Below are positions 33,248 through 34,541 of a DNA stretch of 34,541 nucleotides, one piece after another. Numbering within the stretch: position 1 is the first letter of the stretch; each line of letters opens with the position of its first letter. Under the pieces are notes generated by a model. It was not told where the DNA came from, searched no databases, and saw only the letters and a program-made list of their open reading frames with translations. Source of the stretch: a virus. Taxonomy: Duplodnaviria > Caudoviricetes. The stretch covers positions 1 to 34,541 of IMG/VR virus record IMGVR_UViG_3300016667_000345. One strand, written 5' to 3'. Made by a program: the position numbers and the translations under genes.

Positions 33248-34107
33248 AAATCCTTATTACTGGCAGTGAAGGATTCGTGGGGCGTAACTTTTTAAGTTTT
33301 TTTGAAGGCAGAAATCATCAAATAACCAAGGTTGATATTAAAAATGGCGTGGATGCTCGACTTTTCTTCGCCATAGACGAAACACGTTTTGACCTTGTAA
33401 TTCATTTGGCAGCAGTTGTCGGTGGCAGAGCCACGATTGAAGGCAACCCATTGGCGGTTGCCACTGACCTTGCCATTGACTCAGACCTGTTTCAATGGGC
33501 GATTCGCACTCGACCTAAACGCATTGTTTATTTTTCATCTTCGGCTGCGTACCCAACCGAGCTACAAAGCGCTGAATCCCCCACCCAACTTAAAGAATCT
33601 GATATTGATTTAAGCCATATTCGTACTCCTGATTTAACCTATGGGTGGGTCAAACTCACGGGTGAGATGCTTGCAAAATACGCACGCGAGCAAGGATTAA
33701 AGGTAACAATCTTGCGCCCATTCTCAGGATATGGTGAGGATCAGGATTTGGATTACCCATTTCCCTCTTTTATCGCTCGCGGTAGGGCTAAGGCAGACCC
33801 ATTCAAAGTATGGGGAACAGGCACACAGGTTCGCGACTTTATCCACATCAAGGATGTAGTAGTAGGAACATTAGCCGCCTTTGAAGCAGATGTGGAAGTT
33901 GCCAATCTCTGCACAGGGCGTGCCACAAACTTCTTAGAATTGGCTGAAATAGTGATGAAAACTGCCAAATATAATGCACCGATTCTTACAAATCCTGAGG
34001 CACCCGTAGGAGTTGCAAATCGCGTAGGCAATCCTGAATATATGCTAAGTTTCTACCAGCCGCGAATAACGCTTGAAGAAGGCGTATATCGCGCATTAAA
34101 TAAATAG
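33244..34107 (+). CDS. NAD-dependent nucleotide-sugar epimerase/dehydratase
   Basis: ITGSEGFVG, HLAA, SSSAAY, YGWVK (YxxxK), RDFIH. Confidence 0.93.
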   Translation: MKILITGSEGFVGRNFLSFFEGRNHQITKVDIKNGVDARLFFAIDETRFDLVIHLAAVVGGRATIEGNPLAVATDLAIDSDLFQWAIRTRPKRIVYFSSSAAYPTELQSAESPTQLKESDIDLSHIRTPDLTYGWVKLTGEMLAKYAREQGLKVTILRPFSGYGEDQDLDYPFPSFIARGRAKADPFKVWGTGTQVRDFIHIKDVVVGTLAAFEADVEVANLCTGRATNFLELAEIVMKTAKYNAPILTNPEAPVGVANRVGNPEYMLSFYQPRITLEEGVYRALNK

Positions 34108-34132
34108 CCTTTTCTTCTCATCGGGGAAACAC

Positions 34133-34180
34133 AAACCGCCTGTAACACCTAGCCGTTCCTAGGGGTTACAGGCGGTTTTT
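34133..34180. terminator. Intrinsic terminator between convergent operons, probably bidirectional
   Basis: AAACCGCCTGTAAC-A-CCTAG-ccgttc-CTAGG-G-GTTACAGGCGGTTTTT. Confidence 0.88.
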
Positions 34181-34186
34181 CCTTGT

Positions 34187-34396
34187 CTAAAGGCACTTGA
34201 GTTGCTTCTTAAACTTCTCTACTTCTTCTTGATGTTTAACGGCATCACGGCGCTGGTCATATTTGATTGGGAGCAAGACCATCGGCAGTAGCGCCCAAAA
34301 GCCAAGGAACCATCCTGCGATTGCCCAAAAGATAATGCTTCGACCTACGCCGAGTGCGAGGATGGCGCAGAGAATCGGTGGAATGAACTTAATCAT
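34187..34396 (-). CDS. Small membrane protein
   Basis: Two hydrophobic segments; ATG at 34396 overlaps the upstream stop. Confidence 0.7.
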   Translation of the reverse strand: MIKFIPPILCAILALGVGRSIIFWAIAGWFLGFWALLPMVLLPIKYDQRRDAVKHQEEVEKFKKQLKCL

Positions 34397-34517
34397 CTGC
34401 AACCCAATTTTTTAATAGCTCGTTGATGACCTTGCTTACCTTGCCTTCGCCAGCCTTCTCTTGCACCTTTGCATAGAGTTCATCACTGATCCGAATAGCG
34501 CGAATCTTGGTTGCCAT
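34389..34517 (-). CDS. Ribbon-helix-helix (CopG/Arc-like) DNA-binding protein (42 aa)
   Basis: Hand translation MATKIRAIRISDELYAKVQEKAGEGKVSKVINELLKNWVADD*; GAGGTG RBS. Confidence 0.75.
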   Translation of the reverse strand: MATKIRAIRISDELYAKVQEKAGEGKVSKVINELLKNWVADD

Positions 34518-34541
34518 TATCCAATCACCTCATCAATCATC

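Noticed and set aside
1-34541. Prophage with integrase and att sites
   Set aside because: No tyrosine or serine recombinase motifs, no flanking host genes, and the ends join in frame

Overview
This window looks like a complete, circularly permuted genome of a ~34.5 kb siphovirus with an HK97-type head, probably infecting an Actinobacterium (whiB gene, actinophage-type tail genes, a candidate leaderless start). An ORF reads cleanly across the end-to-start junction. Layout: (1) short leftward operon of small genes including a ribbon-helix-helix protein (34187-34541 joined to 1-941); (2) divergent control region; (3) rightward early genes: HslV/proteasome-beta-like peptidase, paralogous MTHDEL genes, Holliday junction resolvase, WhiB, secreted transglycosylase, Cas4-like nuclease, SSB, two DNA methyltransferases, PrimPol-helicase, probable origin, Zn-finger/HTH regulator; (4) EndoVII/HNH nucleases, terminase, portal, protease, capsid, connectors, two tandem tail-tube paralogues, frameshifted chaperone, tape measure, tail tip genes, lysis genes; (5) two glycosyltransferases and a sugar epimerase. 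I recognised no integrase, repressor, replicative DNA polymerase, reverse transcriptase or CRISPR array. Most unusual: a three-piece C5 methyltransferase locus (split plus nested ORF), poly-G tracts in both methyltransferases, a ~60-nt tRNA-like element with a switch-like upstream hairpin, a hairpin loop complementary to the ribosome-binding site of a capsid-linked glycosyltransferase, a probable ATT start codon and the duplicated tail tube gene. All calls come from reading motifs by eye; no searches or folding programs were run.
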